DNA from: a virus
Lineage: Duplodnaviria; Caudoviricetes
IMG/VR virus record: IMGVR_UViG_3300044527_000109
Span: 1 to 56,244 of that record
Length of the DNA: 56,244 nucleotides
Strand: one strand, 5' to 3'
In this document: piece after piece, positions 9,973 through 21,784 of the stretch
Numbering within the stretch: the stretch's first letter is position 1
How the letters are laid out: each line of letters begins with the position of its first letter
The notes under the pieces: model-generated
The model's database searches: none
Told to the model about the DNA's origin: nothing
What the model saw: only the letters and a program-made list of their open reading frames with translations
Translations under genes and position numbers: made by a program

Positions 9973-10631
9973 AAAAGATACATTATCGTAATATTGGTTT
10001 TCCTAAGACCGGTACAAATTGGTTGTGGGTTCAGTTGATGAAACACCCATTAGTAGATTGTAAGTTAGATGTAATGTTTAAAGAATACAGAGGAAATAGT
10101 ATTGAGTCTTATAAAAAAATATACGAGAAATACGATATCTCTGTAAACATGGATGTTCACGCTTACGATGGGTCATTTCCAAAAGATCATTATATAACAC
10201 CATTAAAGATACATGAACATACTACTCACGTTACTATGATATTGCGTAGTCCATACGAAATCATAAACAGTATGTTCAACATGGATAAGAATAGGAACAT
10301 CAATTTTAAACTGACTCCGGAACAGCATATTGAAAAATGTTATAAAACTTATTCAAATATGAAAAAAATATTCGATGATTGGGAATCTTGCAAGATTCCT
10401 GTCAAATATCTAGCATATGATGATCTTAAATCTGATCCTGAGAATTTTTTCTATGATATATGTGATCACATAGGATTAAAAAGGTACTATAAAGATATCG
10501 GATATAAATTTAAAACAGAGATCAATAGTCCATTAACATTTGACAATCCCATGATTATCAAATATATTAATGAAGGGATCGACTTAATAGAAGAAAAATT
10601 AAATCGTGATTTATCACACTGGAAGCATTAA
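9969..10631 (+). CDS. Sulfotransferase-family protein, copy 1
   Basis: PAPS 5'-PSB loop IGFPKTGTNWL, 3'-PB-like LRSPYE, and YDDLKSDP...ICDHIG; ATGA overlap with the gp47 stop. Confidence 0.75.
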   Translation: MKKIHYRNIGFPKTGTNWLWVQLMKHPLVDCKLDVMFKEYRGNSIESYKKIYEKYDISVNMDVHAYDGSFPKDHYITPLKIHEHTTHVTMILRSPYEIINSMFNMDKNRNINFKLTPEQHIEKCYKTYSNMKKIFDDWESCKIPVKYLAYDDLKSDPENFFYDICDHIGLKRYYKDIGYKFKTEINSPLTFDNPMIIKYINEGIDLIEEKLNRDLSHWKH

Positions 10632-10692
10632 TGATTTTACTGAAAAACATAACACTCAGAAAATATTGCTTAACATCTATAGGAATCTATGA
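10631..10692 (+). pseudogene. Chimeric remnant: gp46 5' end fused to gp47 3' end (recombination scar)
   Basis: 10631 ATGATTTTACTGAAAAACATAACACTCAGA reads MILLKNITLR (gp46 starts MIKLKNITLR). From 10657, in another frame, CAGAAAATATTGCTTAACATCTATAGGAATCTATGA reads QKILLNIYRNL* (gp47 ends QKLLLDIYRNL*). Confidence 0.85.
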
Positions 10693-11357
10693 AAAAGATT
10701 CACTATAGAAATATAGGATTACCGAAAACAGGTACAAATTGGTTATGGTTACAATTGATGCGTCACCATCAGATCGATGGTAAGATGCGACAGCACCTTA
10801 AAGAATTTAGAGGGAATAATCTAGAGGATTACAAGAAGCGTTATGAAAAGTTTGATATCACAGTAAATCTTGACACTCAACTTTTTCATGATGCAAATGA
10901 CTTCACTAGCCCAGAAAGAATCCACGAACACACTACACATATCACAATGAGTTTAAGAAATCCATATGAGATATTAGATTCTATGTACAATATGTTATGC
11001 AACCATGATCCAAAATATTGTGCTGTAAAGAATTCATACACTGATATGGATAGTGATGCAGTCAAGCGTTATGTAGATTACAAAAGAATTTTTGATTATT
11101 GGAAATCTTGCAAGATAGATATCAAGTATATGTTTTACGATGATATGGTAGACAATCCTGAAAAATATATATTTGATATTTGTGAACACATAGGGATAAA
11201 ACCTTTATATCACGCAAAAATGAACAGAGTGTTTGTAACGGACAAGAAAGATCCCTTAGTGTTTGACAATACAAGCACGATCAAGTATATTAATGAGAAC
11301 ATATCTGCGATAGAAGATAAACTAAAACGCGATCTATCACACTGGAAAAAACAATGA
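10689..11357 (+). CDS. Sulfotransferase-family protein, copy 2 (paralogue of copy 1)
   Basis: Same MKKIHYRNIG(F/L)PKTGTNWLW start, IHEHTTH, LRNPYE and RDLSHWK end; ATGA overlap with gp46. Confidence 0.75.
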   Translation: MKKIHYRNIGLPKTGTNWLWLQLMRHHQIDGKMRQHLKEFRGNNLEDYKKRYEKFDITVNLDTQLFHDANDFTSPERIHEHTTHITMSLRNPYEILDSMYNMLCNHDPKYCAVKNSYTDMDSDAVKRYVDYKRIFDYWKSCKIDIKYMFYDDMVDNPEKYIFDICEHIGIKPLYHAKMNRVFVTDKKDPLVFDNTSTIKYINENISAIEDKLKRDLSHWKKQ

Positions 11358-13117
11358 TTAAATTAAAAAACATAACATTAAGAAACTTTTTATCCATTGG
11401 TGCTGTCACACAAGCGGTAGACTTTGATAGCAAAGAACTCACATTGATCTTGGGTGAGAACCTTGATCTTGGTGGTGACGGTGCTAGAAATGGTACTGGT
11501 AAGACCACACTCATTCAAGGCTTGAGTTATGCATTATTCGGTACACCGATCAACCAGATTAGAAAAGATAATCTAGTCAATCGTACAAACGGTAAAGGCA
11601 TGATGGTCACATTAGAGTTTAGTGTGAGCGGAATCGATTATAAGATTGAACGCGGTCGTAAGCCGAACGTACTCAAGTTTTATGTAGATAATAAAGAAGA
11701 AGAAACACAGAATGACGCTCAGGGCGAGAACAAAGAAACACAAGAACACATAGAACGTGCTATCGGTATGACTCCTGATATGTTCAAGCAAACAGTTGCG
11801 TTGAACACATACAGCGAACCATTTTTAGCCATGAAGGCTAACGATCAGCGCAATATCATCGAACAGTTATTGGGTATCACATTATTGAGTGAGAAGGCTG
11901 AGTTGATCAAGACATTGATCAAGAATACCAAAGATAGTATCACTGAAGAAGAATATAAAGTCAAGGCTGTTGAAGAAGCCAACAAGCGCATACAAGAACA
12001 GATCGATAATCTAAAGCGTAGAGCAAAACTATGGGATACTAAGCATGATGAGGATCTAAAGAAACTCAAAGATGACCTCGAAGATTTGCAAAAGTTAGAT
12101 ATCGATAAAGAGTTACAGGGTCATAAGGATTTGGCTGCGTACAACCAAAAGAAAAAAGATATCGCTGACTTAGACAAGACTATTTCCCGAACCCAAGATG
12201 ATTTAGATAAAGAAGAAAAATCATTAAAGAAAGTGGAAAAGGAACTAGCGCAGTTGAAAGAACACAAGTGTCATACTTGTGGTCAAGACTTCCACGATGA
12301 AAAGCACGCCAAAGTAACAAAAGAAAAAGAAAAGAGTAAGAAAGAGAATGAGAGAAACATCAAGGAATTCAATGACTTACTTGAGCAATTAAAATCTGCT
12401 AAAGATGAATTGGGTCCTGTCGGCAAGCAACCGAAACTATATTATGATACCGAGCAAGAAGCATTTCAACATCGTAGCCTAGTGGATGCATTAGTATCAA
12501 AGATAGATGAGAAAGACAAAGAGTTAAACCCATACACCGATCAAATCAGTGAGATGGAAAATCAAGCATTACAAGAAATAAATTTTGATAAGATTAATGA
12601 GTTGTCACGAATTCATGATCATCAAAAGTTCCTGCTTGATCTATTGACAAGCAAAGATAGTTTCGTCCGCAAGAAGATTATCGATCAAAATCTAAGTTAC
12701 CTCAATGCAAGGCTCACACACTACCTTGACAAGATCGGATTACCTCATCAAGTGATTTTCTTAAACGATCTTTCTGTTCAAATCACAGAGTTGGGTCGTG
12801 AATTAGATTTCGATAATCTTTCTCGCGGCGAACGCAATCGACTGATATTAGGTCTATCGTTTGCGTTCCGTGATGTATGGGAAAGCCTATACAGCCCGAT
12901 CAATACATTGTTCATCGATGAATTGATTGATAGTGGTATGGATAGCATAGGTGTTGAGAACAGCATGGCTATCTTGAAAGACATGAGCCGCAATCGTAAT
13001 AAGAGTGTGTGGTTAGTATCGCACCGAGAAGAGTTAGCAGGGCGTGTGCCTAGCGTACTCAAAGTTATTAAAGAGAATGGCTTTACTACATACAGCACTA
13101 GCCGAGACATGGCATGA
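11354..13117 (+). CDS. gp46: Recombination ATPase subunit (gp46, SbcC/Rad50 family)
   Basis: Walker A region NGTGKTT, coiled coil with zinc hook CHTC, signature LSRGE, Walker B LFIDE, and H-loop VSH. Confidence 0.93.
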   Translation: MIKLKNITLRNFLSIGAVTQAVDFDSKELTLILGENLDLGGDGARNGTGKTTLIQGLSYALFGTPINQIRKDNLVNRTNGKGMMVTLEFSVSGIDYKIERGRKPNVLKFYVDNKEEETQNDAQGENKETQEHIERAIGMTPDMFKQTVALNTYSEPFLAMKANDQRNIIEQLLGITLLSEKAELIKTLIKNTKDSITEEEYKVKAVEEANKRIQEQIDNLKRRAKLWDTKHDEDLKKLKDDLEDLQKLDIDKELQGHKDLAAYNQKKKDIADLDKTISRTQDDLDKEEKSLKKVEKELAQLKEHKCHTCGQDFHDEKHAKVTKEKEKSKKENERNIKEFNDLLEQLKSAKDELGPVGKQPKLYYDTEQEAFQHRSLVDALVSKIDEKDKELNPYTDQISEMENQALQEINFDKINELSRIHDHQKFLLDLLTSKDSFVRKKIIDQNLSYLNARLTHYLDKIGLPHQVIFLNDLSVQITELGRELDFDNLSRGERNRLILGLSFAFRDVWESLYSPINTLFIDELIDSGMDSIGVENSMAILKDMSRNRNKSVWLVSHREELAGRVPSVLKVIKENGFTTYSTSRDMA

Positions 13118-14127
13118 GTCTAGCACTTTGGCACTGGCACATTGAAATCAGCAGTAAGTGTACATTACGCTGTCCTCGTTGCGCACGTACCGAAGTGCCT
13201 GATAGTTTGATTAACACCGAACTAGATTTAGAATTCTTTAAAAGAAATTTCACTCCAGAGTTTATTTCTAAAAACGTAGAAAAAATAACTTTCTGCGGTG
13301 ATGACGGTGATCCTATCTATGCGCATGAATTGATAGATGTTATCAAGTATATCAAGTCCGTCAAGAATGTCAGCATCATTATAGTGACCAATGGTAGTTA
13401 TAAGAAACAAGAGTGGTGGCTAGAGTTAGCACAGACATTGAACAATGTTGATCAGATACATTTCAGCCTAGATGGTTGGGATCAAGATAGTAACGAACAA
13501 TATCGTGTGAATAGTGATTGGGATAGCATCATGATCGGTGTGAACACGATTCGCGCTAACAGCGAAGTCTATATGTTATGGGACTGTATTGGATTTAGGT
13601 TCAATGAACAACGAATAGAATATATGAAAAGCCTGGCTAAGAAGTTAGGTTTTGATAGTTTTCAGTTGACTAAAAGCACAAAGTTCGGTAGCAAGTATGA
13701 GCATTATGGTAAAGATGATATACTAGAGCCTACTAGAAAAGACTTGATCAGCACTAGCCATAGATTTGAACGTAGATTATGGTATTTTAATAGTAGACCT
13801 GTTCCTGAACAATGGAAAAACAAAAACAACGAATTGTTAGCACAGGTTAAAACGATAGATAGTATCACGCCTATATGTCATATAGGAAATAAGGGATTAT
13901 TCATCAATAGCAGGGGAGAGTTTTATCCTTGCTGTTGGGTAGCCAACAGATATGGTCACAACGATCATTGGGGCAAGTTAGGAAAGAAATATAACTTGCA
14001 TGAGAACCTATTATCGATTGTGGTCAGTGACAGTTTTTGGAATAAAGATTTTATGAACGGCAGTTATGAGTGTTCTACTAAGTGTGCATCCAAATATGTC
14101 GATAAAAATTATGCCACTGAGTGGTGA
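13114..14127 (+). CDS. Radical SAM protein with a C-terminal SPASM/twitch-like Cys cluster
   Basis: CxxxCxxC (CTLRCPRC), FCGDDGDP, VTNGS, FSLDG; C-terminal PIC...GEFYPCCW...ECSTKC; ATGA overlap with gp46. Confidence 0.85.
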   Translation: MSLALWHWHIEISSKCTLRCPRCARTEVPDSLINTELDLEFFKRNFTPEFISKNVEKITFCGDDGDPIYAHELIDVIKYIKSVKNVSIIIVTNGSYKKQEWWLELAQTLNNVDQIHFSLDGWDQDSNEQYRVNSDWDSIMIGVNTIRANSEVYMLWDCIGFRFNEQRIEYMKSLAKKLGFDSFQLTKSTKFGSKYEHYGKDDILEPTRKDLISTSHRFERRLWYFNSRPVPEQWKNKNNELLAQVKTIDSITPICHIGNKGLFINSRGEFYPCCWVANRYGHNDHWGKLGKKYNLHENLLSIVVSDSFWNKDFMNGSYECSTKCASKYVDKNYATEW

Positions 14128-14143
14128 GAGAATACATATAAAC

Positions 14144-14701
14144 ATGCCTAGTCCACAGAAAGCCAAAGGTAATAGTTATGAACGCGAAGTTGCAAATTAC
14201 CTTTCACAATTATACAATGAGAGTTTTATTCGCGCCCCGGGATCGGGAGCCTACGTAGGTGGGAAAAATCAAGTAAGAACACAATTCTTACATGAAGGGC
14301 AGATACGTAGTTTCAAGGGAGATATAGTCCCGGGAGAAAGTTTCTCTAAACTCAACGCAGAATGTAAAAGTTATGCTGATTTTCCTTTTCATCTAGTGCT
14401 TGCAGGTTCTTGCAAAGTATTAGATGGTTGGATAGATCAAATGATGGACGTTGCCGAATCTGATGACATCAATGTGTTATTCATGAAGTTCAACAGAAAA
14501 GGTAAGTTCGTAGCAGTGCAAACTACTGTGACCTGGGTCACAGACAACTTTTTATATTACACATCATCAAAACACAAAGATTGGCTCATCATAGAGTTCG
14601 AACATTTTTTCAGATTAAACAAAGACCTACTTAAATCATATTGTTCCGGTAAAGCAGAGACCAACTCAAATCTAATCATAGATACATCAATTAGCGTTTA
14701 A
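14144..14701 (+). CDS. Holliday junction resolvase (Hjc-like PD-(D/E)xK nuclease)
   Basis: KAKGNSYEREVA, RAPGSGA, GDIV and AECK motifs. The start is taken as ATG 14144 rather than 14066, which overlaps the upstream gene. Confidence 0.75.
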   Translation: MPSPQKAKGNSYEREVANYLSQLYNESFIRAPGSGAYVGGKNQVRTQFLHEGQIRSFKGDIVPGESFSKLNAECKSYADFPFHLVLAGSCKVLDGWIDQMMDVAESDDINVLFMKFNRKGKFVAVQTTVTWVTDNFLYYTSSKHKDWLIIEFEHFFRLNKDLLKSYCSGKAETNSNLIIDTSISV

Positions 14702-14710
14702 AACAATTTG

Positions 14711-15060
14711 TTTGGTCGAGGTGCTCGACCCTCCTTGAGATTGTACAGATAGTGCTGTGCCGTCAGATTCTGGAGTAAGCGTAGAGTAACATCTACGGAA
14801 TACCGAGAGGGCAATCGACAGGTTTGCGAACCCTCAATGAGTCTATAATCTACTTTGTCTTGCGATTATAGAACATGCGTTGCCGAGATATGTAACAGTA
14901 TCTCACTACAGTCCCATAAACTTTATAGGGCAACCGGTGGCGATATACAGCGATAGGGCTAGTATGTCGGGGAACAGACGACATGGGTGATAGGGCATGG
15001 CAATGTGCTTTTTCCAATGGTGGTGCTGAATAGCACTACCATGGACTCTAAGGCGGCAAT
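14711..15060 (+). ncRNA. Candidate large structured non-coding RNA of unknown class
   Basis: No ORF in the track; lies between convergent stop codons; ~47% GC by hand count; at least eight stems, several with G-U pairs that form only on the + strand; possible long-range closing helix TGCCGTC(14758-14764)/GGCGGCA(15052-15058). Confidence 0.6.
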
Positions 15061-15070
15061 ATGATTCCCT

Positions 15071-15165
15071 TAATAAAAAGATTAAGAAAAATAATAAGTC
15101 TGAGCGAAAGCGAAGACTTAGACAAACGAAGTTTGTCTTCCCAGATAAAGATTAAAAGATTTGTA
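15071..15165. other. A-rich tract with two tandem GAA(A)-loop hairpins; origin-like or terminator element
   Basis: TAAGTCT(15095-15101)/AGACTTA(15114-15120) enclosing GCGAAAGC; AGACAAAC-GAA-GTTTGTCT (15120-15138); AAAGATTAA direct repeats at 15077 and 15147. Confidence 0.45.
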
Positions 15166-15167
15166 TA

Positions 15168-15404
15168 TTAGAAAAATGGAAGTTGTGTCTTCTTTGTGAT
15201 TTCCATATGTTCTTCAACTAGTTTGCTTATGGATTCACGTTCAAAAGTAGACATGTTAAGGACATCCTCATAAGTAGCACCACCTCTCATATACCAAGCC
15301 AAGGTGAGTGCTGCCTTACGTATGCCCTCTGTTTCTTTTTCTAAACTTTCAATATACTTCTGTACGGCTTCAGGGCTAGCAGTAAGAAGTTTCAGCCGAA
15401 AAAA
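15168..15404 (-). CDS. gp51-like ORF, probably translated as a -1 frameshift extension of the upstream chaperone
   Basis: Open frame of 78 codons plus stop: FFRLKLLTASPEAVQKYIESLEKETEGIRKAALTLAWYMRGGATYEDVLNMSTFERESISKLVEEHMEITKKTQLPFF*. The first ATG is only at 15290. It begins at the slippery heptamer T TTT TTC. Not in the ORF track. Confidence 0.7.
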   Translation of the reverse strand, partial: FFRLKLLTASPEAVQKYIESLEKETEGIRKAALTLAWYMRGGATYEDVLNMSTFERESISKLVEEHMEITKKTQLPFF

Positions 15405-16216
15405 TCGCTGGCGTTCAACGTGAAAGGCTGAACGTATTCGTGTGTGCAGTTGTCACACTTGATGTCTAAGGGTTTTAATTCTGTGCTGGCCTTGAGTTGG
15501 GAATTATAATCACGTATAGCAATATAAACACTTCCATCGCAATTATGCAAGAAATCATCAATAAATTGTTTTTCTTCAACTCTAGTAGTGGGCGTATCGA
15601 TATATTCAACAGTTGTTGAAATGATTTTCATTGTAGTTTCCGTAATTACACGTACTGCTTCCTGTGTCTTTTTGTTACGGTCATCATCATTCTCTATCTT
15701 ATCTAAGTCGCCATAAGCCTTTTGTATCTTAAATTGCTCTAACCCGGCCTCATTCATTTCTTTATAAGAAAGAGGTCTAAATTTTATTTTCAGATCATTT
15801 ACTTTTAATTCAGTATCATAGTCGCCGTGCTTTAATTGTGATAGTACGGCTACAAGGTTCAAGCCATAAGTAGATTCATTCTGACATTTAGGGCACTGTG
15901 TGCTGATCTCTAATTGCTGTTGTCCACCTGCGGCTCTGATAGCAATCAATACAGCATCTAAATCGTTTGAATTAATTTGCCATGGATCTTTAATACTTGG
16001 TACGCAACTCTTGATCAAGTCTACAACAGCCGCGCCGTTGAACAATGCGTCAGGAGTTCTTACAGTGATCTCATCGATAGCAGTCATAGGATAAACTGGA
16101 ATCTCACCGTTAGGTGGCATATCTAATACCCCGGGTGAGTATCCTTTGCCCCCGCTAGGTAGTTTAAAATGTACTGCTGGTCTACGGAAATACTGTCTTA
16201 GTGGGTTGTTGTCCAT
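15392..16216 (-). CDS. Baseplate hub / tail assembly chaperone (gp26-like)
   Basis: NPLRQYFRRP, LPSGG, PVYPMTAIDE, DLDAVLIAIRAA, two CxxC pairs and a DFFG C-terminus; SD GAGGA. Confidence 0.75.
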   Translation of the reverse strand: MDNNPLRQYFRRPAVHFKLPSGGKGYSPGVLDMPPNGEIPVYPMTAIDEITVRTPDALFNGAAVVDLIKSCVPSIKDPWQINSNDLDAVLIAIRAAGGQQQLEISTQCPKCQNESTYGLNLVAVLSQLKHGDYDTELKVNDLKIKFRPLSYKEMNEAGLEQFKIQKAYGDLDKIENDDDRNKKTQEAVRVITETTMKIISTTVEYIDTPTTRVEEKQFIDDFLHNCDGSVYIAIRDYNSQLKASTELKPLDIKCDNCTHEYVQPFTLNASDFFG

Positions 16217-16252
16217 GTTTTGTCCTCGTTAAAATCTGATTGGTTTTCCAAT

Positions 16253-16273
16253 TATAAATACAAGTGTATTTAT
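16253..16273. promoter_or_regulatory. Palindromic bidirectional late promoter
   Basis: Exact T4 late consensus TATAAATA at 16253-16260; ATAAATAC-AAGT-GTATTTAT is a perfect inverted repeat between the divergent chaperone and tape measure genes. Confidence 0.7.
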
Positions 16274-16306
16274 TGACACAAAAACCCACCAGAAAAAAGT
16301 AGAGAT

Positions 16307-19978
<3,672 letters not shown>

Positions 19979-19994
19979 TACTAAATACTAGATA

Positions 19995-21770
19995 ATGCCA
20001 TACACTAAACGATTCTTAAACAAATCCGGCGTCACTAGCCCGATATCAGGTATAAACAGCAATGCCGGTGCATGGAATTCCGGCAACGGGTCCAATGACG
20101 GCTACAATAATGCTGATTGGGGATACCGCAATTACATGAGTAGACTGCCTGAAGTTTACACAGGGCACCCTAATAGGATTGAACGTTATAATCAATATGA
20201 AATGATGGATGTCGATGCTGAAATCAATGCATGTTTAGATATTCTTGCTGAGTTCAGCACACAAAAGAATGAACATAATGGAACTCCATTCAATATAAAT
20301 TTTAGCGAAGAGCCTACTCCTCATGAAGTTAATATATTAAAACAGCAGTTACAGCAATGGTGCAAACTAAATCAGTTTGATCAGAGATTGTTTAAGATAT
20401 TTCGTAACACTGTAAAATACGGTGATCAAGTGTTTGTACGTGACCCAGAAAACTTTAAGTTATACTGGGTTGATATGGTTAAAGTTATTAAAGTTATTGT
20501 TAACGAAAGTGAAGGTAAGAAACCTGAGCAGTATGTTATCAAAGACTTGAACATCAATTTACAGAATTTATCTGTAGCACAAAAAACAAATACAGATTTT
20601 GCCGCAAATCCAGCAACTGGTTTAGGCGGTAGTGGGGGCGGAACAAATACTCCTTACACTGTTCCTGCTATGCCATATAATACATCAGGTAGCCGTTTTA
20701 CATTAGGTCAGAGCGAAGCCGCTATCGATGCGAAACACATAGTACATCTTAGCCTGACAGAAGGTCTTGACCGTTTCTGGCCTTTTGGTCAGAGTATATT
20801 AGAAAATATTTTCAAAGTTTACAAGCAAAAAGAATTGCTTGAAGATGCTGTTCTTATCTATCGTGTACAACGTGCTCCTGAACGTAGATTGTTCAAGATT
20901 GACGTTGGTAACATGCCGAGTCATTTGGCTATGGCATTTGTTGAACGTATCAAAAATGAAATACATCAACGTAGAATTCCTAGCGTATATGGTGGTTCAA
21001 GTATTGTTGATGCTTCATATAATCCATTGAGTATGAATGAAGATTACTTCTTTCCAGTCACTGCCGACGGTCGTGGAAGTAGTGTTGAAGTCATGCCCGG
21101 TGGACAGAATCTAGGTGAGATCGATGACTTGCGTTACTTCAACAACAGATTAGCACGTGGATTACGTGTACCAAGTTCATATCTACCAACTGGTCCAGAC
21201 GATAGTGATCGTCCATTAAGTGATGGTCGTGTCGGTACAGCATTGATACAAGAATATCGTTTCAATCAATATTGTGAACGACTACAAAACTACTTGTCAA
21301 TCAAGTTAGACGAAGAATTTAAACTATTCTTACGTTGGAGAGGATTCAATATTGATAGTGGGTTGTTTAATATAGAATTCAATCCGCCACAGAACTTTGC
21401 GGCATATCGTCAAAGTGAACTTGATACAGCAAGAGTAGGTACATTTCAGGCTATAGAAGCGTTTCCTTATATGAGTAAACGTTTTGCTATGGAACGTTTC
21501 TTAGGATTGACTGAAGAAGAGATTACAAAGAACGAAAAATTATGGCGTGAAGAAAATAATAAAGAGCCGTTAGACGAACCAAAAGGTAGCGATTTACGTA
21601 GCGTAGGCGTAAGCGCCGCAGACATAGATACAGATGAACAAACCGGAGACGAGATGGAAGCACCGCCTGAAGAAGAAATGGGTGCTGAAGTAGCAGGTCC
21701 AGTAAGCGCGGCTCCTGCAGGTGCATCAGCACCAGCGGCTCCAGCAACTCCAGCAAGTCCACCGGCATAA
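19995..21770 (+). CDS. gp20: Portal vertex protein (T4 gp20-like)
   Basis: LLEDAVLIYRVQRAPERRLFKIDVGNMP, EDYFFP, PGGQNLGEIDDLRYF and LRVPSSYL; acidic, Pro-rich tail. Confidence 0.95.
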   Translation: MPYTKRFLNKSGVTSPISGINSNAGAWNSGNGSNDGYNNADWGYRNYMSRLPEVYTGHPNRIERYNQYEMMDVDAEINACLDILAEFSTQKNEHNGTPFNINFSEEPTPHEVNILKQQLQQWCKLNQFDQRLFKIFRNTVKYGDQVFVRDPENFKLYWVDMVKVIKVIVNESEGKKPEQYVIKDLNINLQNLSVAQKTNTDFAANPATGLGGSGGGTNTPYTVPAMPYNTSGSRFTLGQSEAAIDAKHIVHLSLTEGLDRFWPFGQSILENIFKVYKQKELLEDAVLIYRVQRAPERRLFKIDVGNMPSHLAMAFVERIKNEIHQRRIPSVYGGSSIVDASYNPLSMNEDYFFPVTADGRGSSVEVMPGGQNLGEIDDLRYFNNRLARGLRVPSSYLPTGPDDSDRPLSDGRVGTALIQEYRFNQYCERLQNYLSIKLDEEFKLFLRWRGFNIDSGLFNIEFNPPQNFAAYRQSELDTARVGTFQAIEAFPYMSKRFAMERFLGLTEEEITKNEKLWREENNKEPLDEPKGSDLRSVGVSAADIDTDEQTGDEMEAPPEEEMGAEVAGPVSAAPAGASAPAAPATPASPPA

Positions 21771-21784
21771 GATAAATAATAACT

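Noticed and set aside
10631-10708. 25-aa ORF MILLKNITLRKYCLTSIGIYEKDSL as a real small gene
   Set aside because: Fully explained as the gp46/gp47 junction remnant; any translation is probably incidental.
14066-14143. Longer N-terminus for the resolvase as given in the ORF track
   Set aside because: It overlaps the radical SAM gene by 62 nt; the family motif starts at MPSPQKAKG (14144), which has a promoter-like motif just upstream.
14711-15060. Group I intron, tmRNA, RNase P or tRNA identity for the structured element
   Set aside because: It does not interrupt a gene. CTACAGTCC only loosely resembles the group I S element and has no matching P7 partner. No tRNA-like ends, T-loop or RNase P P4 motif were found by eye.
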